Part shown: positions 35,071 to 46,104 of the stretch, in pieces
How the letters are laid out: the number at the start of each line of letters is the position of its first letter
How positions within the stretch are numbered: position 1 is the stretch's first letter
DNA from: Eukaryota sp. TZLM1-RC
Lineage: Eukaryota; Protista; Metamonada: BaSk clade
Assembly: GCA_040285825.1 (NCBI GenBank)
Contig: JAUPSS010000005.1
Span: 744,001-808,000 of the forward strand
DNA length: 64,000 nt
Reading direction: 5' to 3'
Translations under genes and position numbers: made by a program
The notes under the pieces: model-generated
Database searches by the model: none
Seen by the model: only the letters and a program-made list of their open reading frames with translations
Told to the model about the DNA's origin: nothing

Positions 35071-36900
35071 CTAAATATTCTTTCCCACACTCACTGATCG
35101 TTGCAGTACCACTGGTCTACAATTATCATGAATATGTGAGTACGTAATCCTGTACATGTTTAGAGCACTGTTAACATCCCTATCCCAATAGACACTACAT
35201 TCACTGTTATGATGGTGTAGAAGTCCATGGCATGGGACTAGTTTGACATAGTCCCTTTTTAGATTCCAATTATGTTGAAGTTCTTGATTTTGAATAGAAT
35301 CAACTTCATGATACTGTTTTTTAGCCACTCGCAAGTCAATCTTTAACCTCTTCTTCATATGTTTGAATCTCTTGTAGGCATTTGGATCTTTGACCTTTAC
35401 ATCGCATTTGGTGTCTCCTTCGCGATGATCCTCAACACAAGCAGCACATCTCTTACTGGTACGATACTTGTCTACCAAGTATACTTTTATACCAGCTCTT
35501 CTCAGAATTCTTCTTAGCCCAACACCTCTAATTGTGCTGGCCTTGCCTTTACGATTGGTCTAAGCGTCCCAATCACCAAAGCCAATTACAATATTTTGAG
35601 CATCAGCCTTGAACTCAGCTTTTAATCGGTTAACCCAGGCAGCATCACTCTTTTTTTTATTTATATATTTGTATAGAGTGTGGCGCCTAAACAGAGGGTC
35701 TTGGTAAATCGGACAGAGAAATTCATTGTGGAGTAATCTCGTTTTAATATACTCCTTGAATTGCTGCATATTCAAAGATTTTTTGGAATATTCTGATAAT
35801 TTTTCAGATATTTCTTGTACTAACACCTCCGATTGCGTAGATTGTAAATTGAATTCTCTGAATGTAAAGTCGGGAAGAGATTTAATGATTTCCTCTTCAC
35901 CATTGATTCTTTTTATCACCGCGGTTTTGAAAGAGGTTTCACTGCTCTCAATCCTGAAAATGATCGAGTTCAAGTAGTTGTTTCCGTTTCTCTGAACTTC
36001 TATGTTTGAAGTTCAAAGCTTCGTCTACCAGATGTGTAAGAATCAATAATTAGTTTGTCTTTTTTTTTTAAATTTTTGTCTTTTTTCATTAAATGATTTT
36101 TTTGGGTTTTGTCTTTTCTGATTTTCCCTATTTTCTTCAACTTTTTGTCTATTTCTCTTGCATTTTGCCACACGAAGCTTATTTATCTGGAATAATAAGG
36201 TTCTAATTTTGTTCTTCATCTTCTTTCTGATTCATCAATATTGCTTCCCCTGGACTATTATCATCCATTTCAGCAGCATATGAATCACTACTCTGATAAG
36301 GTACTTCCTCACGGTTTTGAACTTCAGAAACTAATACCAATTTAGTATCGTATCGGTTTGGGTCAATTTCCGCAGCAACTTTGTCTTTCAGTAACTCATC
36401 TTTTTCAGATCATGAATATAAAATTCATCTTTTTCTTTTGGTATATCTCTACAATTTCTCAAGTCATGTCTCTCGTGTTGAGCTGAAACACCAATACCAT
36501 CCATCAGAAAGCTGCCATCAAAAAAATAAACATCACTATTGTTGGTCAAAGCTCTGTGTTGCATATTCAGAACCTTGTTTCAAGTTTTAAGATTTTTTTC
36601 ATCAATAACAGTAGTTTCATCGACTTCTTCAAACTCAGTGTTGGGAATTCCAGTTGATTCAACAATCAATCTTTTTGATTGATTAATAATAATTTGCATA
36701 CTTCTTGTTTCAACCAGCATATACGCTGGAGAAAGTGATCTTCTGATATGAAAAACGTTGTAAATGAACAAAGGATTAGGGTTTTCCCGTTCAGCGTTTT
36801 TAATCAATTGTTCAGAAATACGACTGACGTCCGCTATTAGTATAAAAGATCTTTTAAGATATTTTTTCCAATTTACCCGTATATCATAGAATATATTAGG
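35071..36900 (-). mobile_element. Fragmented Fanzor ORF
   Basis: FLMDGIGVS, RuvC-I-like EIDPNRYD, IGFGDW, VDKYRTSKRCAAC, CHGLL, WDRDVNSALN, RPVVLQR. Confidence 0.8.
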
Positions 36901-37800
36901 TAAATTAGATTTTCCTTTCTTTGACTGGAATTTTTAAACCAAGTCAAATGGTCATGACAAACCAAATGATCACTTCATGATTTTCAGCCATTTTTTTGAT
37001 TTTTTGGACAAAATGGCTGAATGTCTTTTGGCGACAGATAAAACAGTCGAACCGATTACGGCTTCACATATGTAGAATGTTTCTGAATGTCCTTCAAAAA
37101 GCCCTTCCTTGGAATTTCACCTCTACTGCCAAAGCAAATCATTATCTAGTGAAATAGATTTTAGATGATTTAGGAGAACTTCTCAAAGAAAGTGGTCGTA
37201 CATTTGATTTTCTGATGTGGCAGAACAGAATTGCATTGTCGTTATGGAGACTCTATCCTCCTTATATTAACCTCATTTTGAATAACATTACGGAGTTTTA
37301 CGAGCAAGTTGCTATTCAAGAGAATGAAGAAAATCTCCCGTCATTCAATTGATGGGCTTTTAGTAGGTAAAAACAATAGGTAAGGTTTTTGGTTGAGTTT
37401 TAGAATGTGACTGTTTCAGGAATAAATTATCTCTTTCTCATTGATCCTTCATCAATCATGGCGCTCTCTGCACGTAAATTGGTCTATTGCAACCATTGAC
37501 ACGTGCTTCCATCACTACTAGCCTATTCAACGAAGCATTTCGATCTCTATGCTACAAAGATTCTCATGAACATCTTTGTCTTTTTAAATTTATTTACTTG
37601 AATGAGTCAATCCGATAAGCAATGTTGAAATAAACAAAATATTTCAAAAAATGGAGTTTTATTGTTCAACAAATCAGAAGCAAGCTCAATATTTTCAATC
37701 CCATATTTTGAACTTAAATTTTCTGCAAAAACAATATTTAATCAGCTATACATAAACATTAAATTAATTTAAACATATGTTACAAATAATACAAAAAGTC

Positions 37801-40386
37801 CTATTTCTTTCCCTTTTTCCCCTTTTTCCCTTTTTTCCCCTTTTTGCCTTTCTTATCATCAGCATCCTCCTCGGGATCCTTGGGTGGGGAATATAAAGAA
37901 TAGCTGGGAAGTTTCATCAAGAAACTCCTGAACTGACCATATTCTTCGGCACTCAAAGGCTCATAATCAACTAAAAAATCAACAAATTCCTGTGAATTCA
38001 AAGGAATTGTGTTAATTTTCTTTAATCTAGTCCGATTCAGCACATTTTCCACAGCATTTATAATAGCAATTGAAGAAAAACCTTCAGAAACATGGGCTAA
38101 AGAAGACAAAGACTCAAAGGAAATAGTGTTAGTTACCTGGCTATTTGTTTTTGATTCAATGACTGAAGAAAATAAATTCCTACGGGTTTCATAATCAGGA
38201 ATAGGTATGTAATAATAATTTGTAAAAAAAGAACAAATGCTTTTAAAATCAGCTTCAAATGGCTGATCAGAAACACCAATCAAAATGATTGGAACATCAG
38301 AAAAGTCAGGTTTCCCATTCTTGCCACCAATTTCCTTTTTTAATTTTGCATAATGATCACTCAGAGGATCTTTCTTCCCCCCTTTTTTCTTCTTCTTCCC
38401 AGTCATCATTCTGTGAATTTCAGGAACAAAAGCAACTACGGGGCTCATCGTTTTTGCGATAGACAAACAAGTTTTCCACAACTCCGGCATTTTACTTGCT
38501 TGGTGGTTTGACAGTAAGCAAGGGCTGAAATCCACAAGGATTGCACCCAATTCATATGCCAGACTCTTAACAATCGACCTCTTTCCACAACCAGAAGGTC
38601 CAAAAATCATAATTGATTGACCTAGAATATTCGACTTTAACACGTCATCAAAGCCCAAAACTAAAGAAACCTGTTGACTAATCATGGAAAGAGTTGTTCC
38701 TAGACAGGGGTCCAAATGACTGTTAACTTTTGCAAATAATGAACTAATTCTCTGAAAAGAAGAGATAAAGTGTGAAAAAAGATACTTTTCTTCAGGGTAA
38801 ATATGTCCGAAACGAACTAAACGAGCGTAATTTTCAAGTGACGAATCACCTGAGCTCTCCTTTGTCGATGATTTGCCCTTTTTTGACCCCTTTTTCCCCT
38901 TTTTCCCCTTCTTTCCTTTCTTTCCTTTCTTTCCTTTTTTTCCTTTTTTTCCTTTTTTCCCCTTCTTTCCCTTCTTTGAACCCTTTTTAGCAGAAGCACT
39001 TCTCAACTTCACTGCAGCCTTCAAGTCGTCTAATTCCTTTTCCAATACACTCATCATACCATCTTGAACTTCCTTTTCCCATATAGGTCTTTCTTGGTCA
39101 AGAATTAAAGAGCGGTCAAAAGGAGAGACTTCATCAGAATTCTCAACCCTGGAATCCCAAGTTGTAAAGTAATCCTGTACAGAAGTTACCATAGAATAGC
39201 CAAATTTGGATCCAGATGACGTATTTTCTTCAGATTTCTGTTCCTTTTCCCCTTTTTTCTTCCCTTTTTTACCTTTCTTCCCACCTTTTGCTCCCTTCTT
39301 CCCCTTCTTTGGCTTTTCTTCTTTTTCTTCCTTTTCCTCTTCCTGCACCTCTTCTTTTTCAGGTTCCAACAAGGCCTTAAACCCACTTAAATCCTCTGGC
39401 AAAGAACCTGTTTTTTCCTCAATCAATGCTACCCAATCACTGAATTTTTCATGAAGTTTATCCTCCAAGAACTCTTGCTCCCGTCCACTGCGAAGATTTT
39501 TTCTCTCTTTTTCAATGCCTTCAAGATAAAGTTGTTCAAATTGTTTTTGCAATTCTTTTCTTTTTAACCGATGGCTAATTTCTTTTCCTTTAAGTTCAGT
39601 TAATCTTTCATCAAAAGAACCATCTTCAATCATTTGGTACAATAGATACTCATCGCGCTGTCTCTGCTTTTCTTTTTTCTTCCTTATATACGACCTAAAA
39701 GCCCTTTGAATCAACCTAGCACTGGCTTCTCTGGTTTCTTCCCTCAGTCTCTCATCATGCTCTTGAATCCAAGCTAGGTATACGTACTTACTCCTGAGCC
39801 TGGCCTGCCTTGCCCTCTCTGCTACTTGGATCAACTTTATAGCTTCCTCCGTTGACATGGAGGTGGTGGGAGGAGGATGAGGAGAGGATGGGGTGGAGGT
39901 GGTAACCATGGATTGGGAAAGTTCAAACTTGGAAATAAGATCAAGGCATAGTTTGTGGTTCCCTTCCACAACTGCCTTGCGATCATCTCTTATAAACTTG
40001 GGAATGGAAAAAGAGAGAAAAGAGGGGGTTTTCTTTAGTTCAGTGAGTGCATCATCGAAAATAGGAGCTTCAGAACCGGTAAACTTGACAACTTGGTTTC
40101 GAAGTTCAGCATACCTTCCAGCGAGTGATTTTAGTAGTTGGTAGAGTGAATGGCGCTTCTGGGGTTGGAGCATGCTTGGATGAGGGCAAAAGAGAACAAA
40201 CTAGTCGAAGATAGAAGATACACGTTGGAACAGTTCGTGATAGCGGAGATATCGGCGTTGTAGAGCCAGAAGGGTTTCTTCGTCGTTTGAGAGAGGAGGA
40301 GCATCAGGAGAGATGTCATCATCTTGAAGTAAGTCTGCAGTGTCGATGGCAGCGCGACGCCACCGTTCAACATCAAAGTGTGACAT
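37801..40386 (-). CDS. IQCA1: IQ and AAA domain protein (IQCA1/DRC11); 27-nt intron 40175-40201
   Basis: Splicing gives YLRY...FDY|MLQPQKR; IQVAERARQARLR; IQRAFRSY IQ motif; KKG repeats; Walker A GPSGCGK. Confidence 0.88.
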
Positions 40387-40400
40387 GAGATAAATCTACT

Positions 40401-40630
40401 GTGAATTTCACATATAATGCATTCCCCTGTGAAATTCACTCCTGTTTTCAACTTTCTCAGTGTCTACTCACAGGCTGTGAGAGACATGTAGCGTCATTTG
40501 ACAAAGACAATCATGATCTTCATCAATGGGCTACCTCACTTCAATACACCTACTGCTTTCACAGAGCAAAGCCTCGCGACTTGACGTATCTAAGTGGATC
40601 TACCAAATGCTACTAAGGTATTTGTAGATC
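40401..40630 (-). ncRNA. Candidate Fanzor omegaRNA scaffold (structured region)
   Basis: Three stem-loops (40597-40630, 40461-40486, and a 12-bp perfect inverted repeat 40401-40439) lie directly 3' of a Fanzor ORF. Confidence 0.45.
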
Positions 40631-40739
40631 GGTCTCAAAAGATTTTCAAACAAATTGAAAAAATAATAATAAACTCAAAATAGAACATCAGTTTTTCCAA
40701 AGTTTTTTTTTCTGTATGCACAGGTTCCCCATTCATTTC

Positions 40740-41850
40740 CTCAACAGAGCTTCTGGGCAAATGTATCTTTCCGGCCACAATTCCGCTTTCTTATTAATTT
40801 GAATATTTTTTGCAGCGGAAATATCTCTGTCATATACTATTTGCCACTCAGTACAAATATGCATCTACCATGAGCCTGCTTGAATATTCTCGGCCATGCA
40901 ACAACTTGACAGTTTGCTTGTATTAAATTCACTGGTTGACAAGTGCTTCACGTCCTTTTGATAACACAACCATTTTCTAAAAGCTTTTGCTGATCCATAT
41001 CGATTGAGTTTTCGGCAATGAGAAGGGAAATTAGCAGAACCCACAGCAAGATAGAGTTTTTTAGAATGTCCAGCCAGCGTTGGAAATTTGTTGGGACTCT
41101 CTCTGAACTGTCTTTCTTTTCGTCTGCGGTTATCAAATTTGATTATTTTCCACTTCTGGCGATTACTTTCCAAGTACACTTTCCTGCTGACCAAATTCCA
41201 ATGGTTCAAATATTTGTTGAAATTTTGAACGGAATATTGGTTGGGAGAGTGTTGACTGGGTGAAGGTTCTGTCATGTATCTTCTGCCAGTTGGTTAAGTG
41301 ATAACTCCACATTGATAATCATTTAAGAAGTAACCACATAATCTTGATTGTCCCAGATCAACGCCAATAAGGGGCCTTTCAGGTAAAATTTCGACTGGTT
41401 GTCTGCGTCTTCGACGGGGTATTTTTTAGTGCCCTTCAACTGTGTTTCTTTGGTTTTGTTGGCATTAGGGTCACTTTTCATTTCTTTTTTTGATCTTCCT
41501 TTCTTTTTCGGTTGTTCATCCAGCTCATCTGTGATTTTTGAATCATTATTTTTACCTTCAAAGGTCAAAAGCAGTTCATTACTATTAGTTTTCAATAATT
41601 TTTTTTAAATCTATTTTTCAAACTTTTTCTGTTGATATTAAATTTTTGGTAAGGACATTCTTTGAATAATCGTTTAAGACATGTATTTTTGATAAACTTT
41701 GTTTTGGAAGATGATCCTTCAATAAATGGAAATTTTTTCACAGATTGGAAAACATGTGAAGGTACCTCAAGAAATCTAGAACCTTTATGAGAAGCTAAAG
41801 GTATTATTGTAAATTTGAACCTAGTTACGTGTTGATGGCTTTCAAACGTC
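40740..41850 (-). mobile_element. Fragmented Fanzor ORF (divergent type)
   Basis: RuvC-I IGVDLG (about 41345-41370), AVGSANF, RuvC-II SEFNTSKLSSCC, then C...YDRDISAAKNI after a stop. Confidence 0.75.
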
Positions 41851-41859
41851 AACCAAAGT

Positions 41860-42170
41860 TGCTTTTGATGTTACCATAGTTGGAGGTTATGGTAATAATT
41901 GGAGTGATGCTTTTTCGAAAGCTTATTCTGATAAAATTGCAAAGTATTCAATTTTAAAAGAATTAAATTTAATTAACCAAATTGTTCCTCTCGTTTTTAG
42001 TGTTCATGGAGGTTTTTACACTAAAACAAAAATACTGTTTGACCAATTTGGATGGAATGAGGTAGCAGATGAAATTAGTTGTATCATTTTGAAGAGTGCT
42101 TTAAATGCCACAGTGCTTTTAATTATATACTTCAAAAGAAAAGAGAAGACCATCAATGTTGGTAGGTAGT
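41860..42170 (+). mobile_element. RLE-type retrotransposon 3' fragment (another family)
   Basis: FDVTIV...KIAKY...PLVFSVHGG. Confidence 0.5.
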
Positions 42171-42210
42171 TTTGTTTAGTATTCAAGTAGTTTATTCTTA
42201 ATTTCTTCCA

Positions 42211-44355
42211 ATCCGTCCAATTGCAATTGGAGAATCATTTTCAAGAATTCTTGCGTCTCTTGTTTTCAATAGAATTGGAAAAAAAGCCAAGGAATTTTTC
42301 AGTCCGTTTCAATTTGGAATCAAGACAATTGATGGTGCTTCTTCTGCTGCTCTTTCGTCGGATGTGTTTTTTAATTCTAGTGATTCTAATTACATCTTCA
42401 ATTTAGATTTTAAGAATGCTTTCAATTCTGTATCTCGTTCTTCCATTTTACCTTTGCTGCAAAAGCATTTTCCTGAAGTTGAGTCTTTTTTCTATTCATT
42501 TTATGGAAAATCATCCACATTGGTCTATGAAAATTTTGACCTGCTTTCGTCTTCAGGTGTTAAACAAGGTGATCCACTTGGTCCTTTTTTTCTTTTGTCT
42601 GGCAATTCATCCATTAATGTGCGAATTGAAAGAAAAGTTCCCAGAAATAGATATTGTAGCATATATGGATGACATTTCTGTAATTGCTCCTATTACAATT
42701 CTGAAACAAATAGCAACTTTTATTCAACAGCGTTATGAAGATATTGGTCTCTCATTGAATATCTCCAAATGTTTGATTATTGGCCATGAACCAATTGATT
42801 TTTTTCATTAATGATGTCAATGTCCCCTTTATCAATTATGATCAGTCTGGTTTTCGTTTTTTGGGTTGTTATCTCGGAAATATTGATGAAGTCAAAAGCC
42901 AACTTTCGACTCTGTTGACTCAATTTGGAAATGAATTAGAATCAATAGAAAATTTAAATATTGAGAAACATTTGAAATTCTTTTTCCTCAAAAATCTGTT
43001 ATTCTGGAAAATTTACTCATATTTTGAGATCAACATCACCATCAATTTCCTTGGAGTTCTGTCGCATTTTTAATGAACAAAGAACTAATTTTTTAGCAAA
43101 ATTATTGGAAATTGATGCATCTCAGTTACGAAGCCACATTTTTTGTGGTACAAATTTTGGTGGTGTTGATTTTCATAAGTCAAGCTACCTTTGTAAAGCT
43201 GCTTTTATTGGAGGTGGAAAGAATTTTATTTATGAATTTGTGAATCGTTTTCCTGAAAAAATTCATCTCATTGAAAATTGTGGCAGCTCCTATCTTATTT
43301 CTTTGCAACAGGAAATTGAAACTCTTTCACCCAATATTTGGGCTAAATGTTTCCCCTCTGATATTGTGGAACTTCCTTCAAGAAGCTTGCTCTCCTTACC
43401 ATTGACTTTTGCAAAATTGCAGAAAAAATTTTGAAAGTTTTAGAAAACTTGGATTATATTGTACGTCTTAGCTTGGCTAAGGAAAAAAATCCCGTTTTTG
43501 CAAACTTTTTGATTGATCTTGAAGACAGTTGCTCAAGTTGCTTAATCTCCCAAATTCCCAACATTTACGGCCTTCTACTTAATGATCACCAATGGACCAC
43601 TGCAATGAGATTGAGATGTTTTCTATGGCCTTGTTCATTGCCAAATGATTTAATTTGCCGCTGCAAGAGTGTTGTTACGCTTTCCCATATTTTAAACTGT
43701 AAGTATTTCATAACTTATCGCTCACTTGTTCACGACTCAGTTCGTGATCAATTATATGCCATGTGCAAAAGTTTCAATATAGAGGCATTTATTGAGCCAC
43801 TAGTACGTAAGCTGTCTTCAGATCAAACTGATGATTCCTTTGGTAAAAGAAGGGCAGATTTAGTAGCTCCAGGGATCGATGGTGTTCTCAATGTTGTAGA
43901 CTTTGTCTCAGTGGATGTTTGCAAAAATTCTGCTGCTCGTTTAGTGTATTCCGCTGACTCGCCGTTATCTAACGCCGATAAAAAGAAGATAAAAAAATAT
44001 GAAGAACCTTTGGCACAGTTAGGTAGAGTGGAACATGTGAAATATCAGTTTGTGCCGTTTGCAATTTCTCTTTTTGGCAATATTGGACCTTCAGGCTTGC
44101 ACTTTTTGGAAAATTTTAAAAAAGTGTTACTGAATAGGTCTGGTAAAACAATGAACTCCACTTTCTGGTTAAATAGAATTGTTTTTTGCATTTTCAAGTC
44201 TATTCCAACAATGATTTCAAAGGCACTTTTAGCTATTGGTGTAGAATATGAACGTAATGCTGTGAGTAGGTTCAGTTATAGTGACGCTTGTTTGGAGGAT
44301 ATTGAATTCTAGATGGTTATTTTTATCTCAATAAATATTCCAGTTCCTTAAAAAA
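42211..44355 (+). mobile_element. RT-RLE non-LTR retrotransposon family C, 5'-truncated, frameshifted
   Basis: IRPIAIGE, DFKNAFNS, GVKQGDPLGP, YMDD, CRC..H..C, RRADL; TSD AATTTCTTCCA at 42200-42210 and 44356-44366. Confidence 0.9.
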
Positions 44356-44578
44356 AATTTCTTCCAGCAATGCATATGAGAAAAGACAGTGAGAAAGTAT
44401 TGTGAAATTTTAAGATTAAAGAGAAAAAGCTCACCAATTTCCTTTGATGAAAAGGTGATTTTATCATGTGAAGACCGTAGGGAAGCAGTGGTAGGAAATC
44501 TGAGAACCAATTTTTCATAAACTAAATTCTTATTTTCCTCACTTGACTTCTTTTTCGAGCTTTAGGACTCCCCTGTAA

Positions 44579-44938
44579 TCTTTCAACTTCTTTCTATTAA
44601 CCCTCAGTTCATGCCTTACTACTGGCCCTCCACAAACTGCAACTTATGCTGCTCTACCACCGACGCCTCAACCGGTACAGTCCATGTACACACCCCCTGC
44701 TCCTCGCTCATCCGGTAATAATACCATGAAAACTTTCCTTGAAAGCTCTGATTGGAAGTTAAACAATACTGTTAGTCATTCATCAAACAAAAACACTTCT
44801 GTCTCTAGCGTTTCACTTGGTTTGAAGCTTTCTAATGGTATCTCGAAGGAAAATCTTAACACTGAGCTAGACGAACAAGAGCTGGAAGCCATTTTCAATA
44901 CTGTTGAAGATATCTCTGTTCATTTAGACAATCTGTAA
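44579..44938 (+). CDS. Possible small or terminal-exon hypothetical protein
   Basis: Open frame with coding-like composition, preceded by an intron-like GTAATC...TTAACCCTCAG (44575-44607); the stop overlaps AATAAA. Confidence 0.3.
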   Translation, partial: SFNFFLLTLSSCLTTGPPQTATYAALPPTPQPVQSMYTPPAPRSSGNNTMKTFLESSDWKLNNTVSHSSNKNTSVSSVSLGLKLSNGISKENLNTELDEQELEAIFNTVEDISVHLDNL

Positions 44939-45389
44939 TAAAGTAAGTTATTTTGTAAATAAATAGTTGATGTTTTTTGTTGTTTTTTGAACATTATTGG
45001 CACGTTATTATGCTAAGAAGCTAAGAAGCTCCTGAACTGTGTGTTCTAGTATAATTAATCGAATGATTGAAAGAACAATTAGTTTATTAACATGAAAAGT
45101 ACTTCAAGAAATCAATATTCCCCACAAATTTGAATACTCATTAAACCTTGGTAATGACAAGCAAGCGACTAATTCTGAAGCAGAATGGGAAGCAACTTTA
45201 TCCCAATTCAATTCCAAAAGCTGTAGGTTTGATAGATTTATGGAGTAAATTAAACAAAAGAATTTTGTGTATAGTATTTTTTTAAACCAATTGTTTTTAT
45301 TTATTCCAACAATAACAAACTATACGACAAGGTTAAAATTCTATGTCTTCATAACCCAATTGTGTATAGTATTGTTGGTAAAGTCTATC

Positions 45390-45855
45390 ATGAAATTTTT
45401 TAGGAAACTAAGATGGTGGGCTGAGATTAATCGCACAAGATCTGAGGCAAAAATGATTGAATGATTCAAATAAGTAAATGGTGATCACAGCCAAGTAGTT
45501 ATCGGAATCGAGACTGGGAACAACAAAAACACAAGAAATTCAAAGAACATACCAAAAGAAAAGGACTGAGAGTTTTATTTAAAAAGGATAGTTATAGGGT
45601 CTTTTGAATTGATCAGTTTTGAACCAGGTGCTGTTGTTTCAACTGTAAGAAAACGGAGAAAACAGTTGAAGTATTCTGATGATGCAGAAATCCAAAACCA
45701 AGGAAGAGGCATGAGATTTCTATTCCTCACGGGCTTACCATGTGTCAATCATGCGAAAGTTGGTGGAATAGAGATCGAAATGCTTCGCTGAATATGTTGG
45801 CAGTGATGGAAGCACATGCAAATGGTGAAGATAAACAGGATTACCTTCAAAGAGC
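45390..45855 (+). mobile_element. Degenerate Fanzor C-terminal remnant
   Basis: FRKLRWWAEINR...CCCFNC...NPKP...HGLTMCQSCESWWNRDRNASLNM. Confidence 0.8.
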
Positions 45856-46010
45856 CAAGGTTGATGAAGGTTCAAAGAAAACAGTTTTTTGGACAATAGC
45901 TGGAAGCACCGTGGCATGAGATACGAAAGAGTGGTGATTAGACTAGTAGAAAGCAAAAACTAAGGCATGGGGATTATGAGGGGGATTATGAAAGGGATTA
46001 GAGTCAGGGT

Positions 46011-46104
46011 TGAAGCATTAGGTATGATGACGTGTCAACTATTATAATGTGTTATTTGCATAATAAACGTACTTTTCCCCTATTCACTTGTGCACAACCC
46101 AACA
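46011..46104 (+). repeat. 5' LTR
   Basis: Two mismatches versus 50295-50388. Confidence 0.95.

Noticed and set aside
38870-39000. FFP-repeat ORFs on the plus strand
   Set aside because: Antisense shadow of the KKG repeats of IQCA1.
40199-40203. In-frame TAG in IQCA1 suggesting stop-codon reassignment
   Set aside because: Explained by a 27-nt intron (TA|gt...ag|C gives Tyr); TAA, TAG and TGA all end genes normally here.
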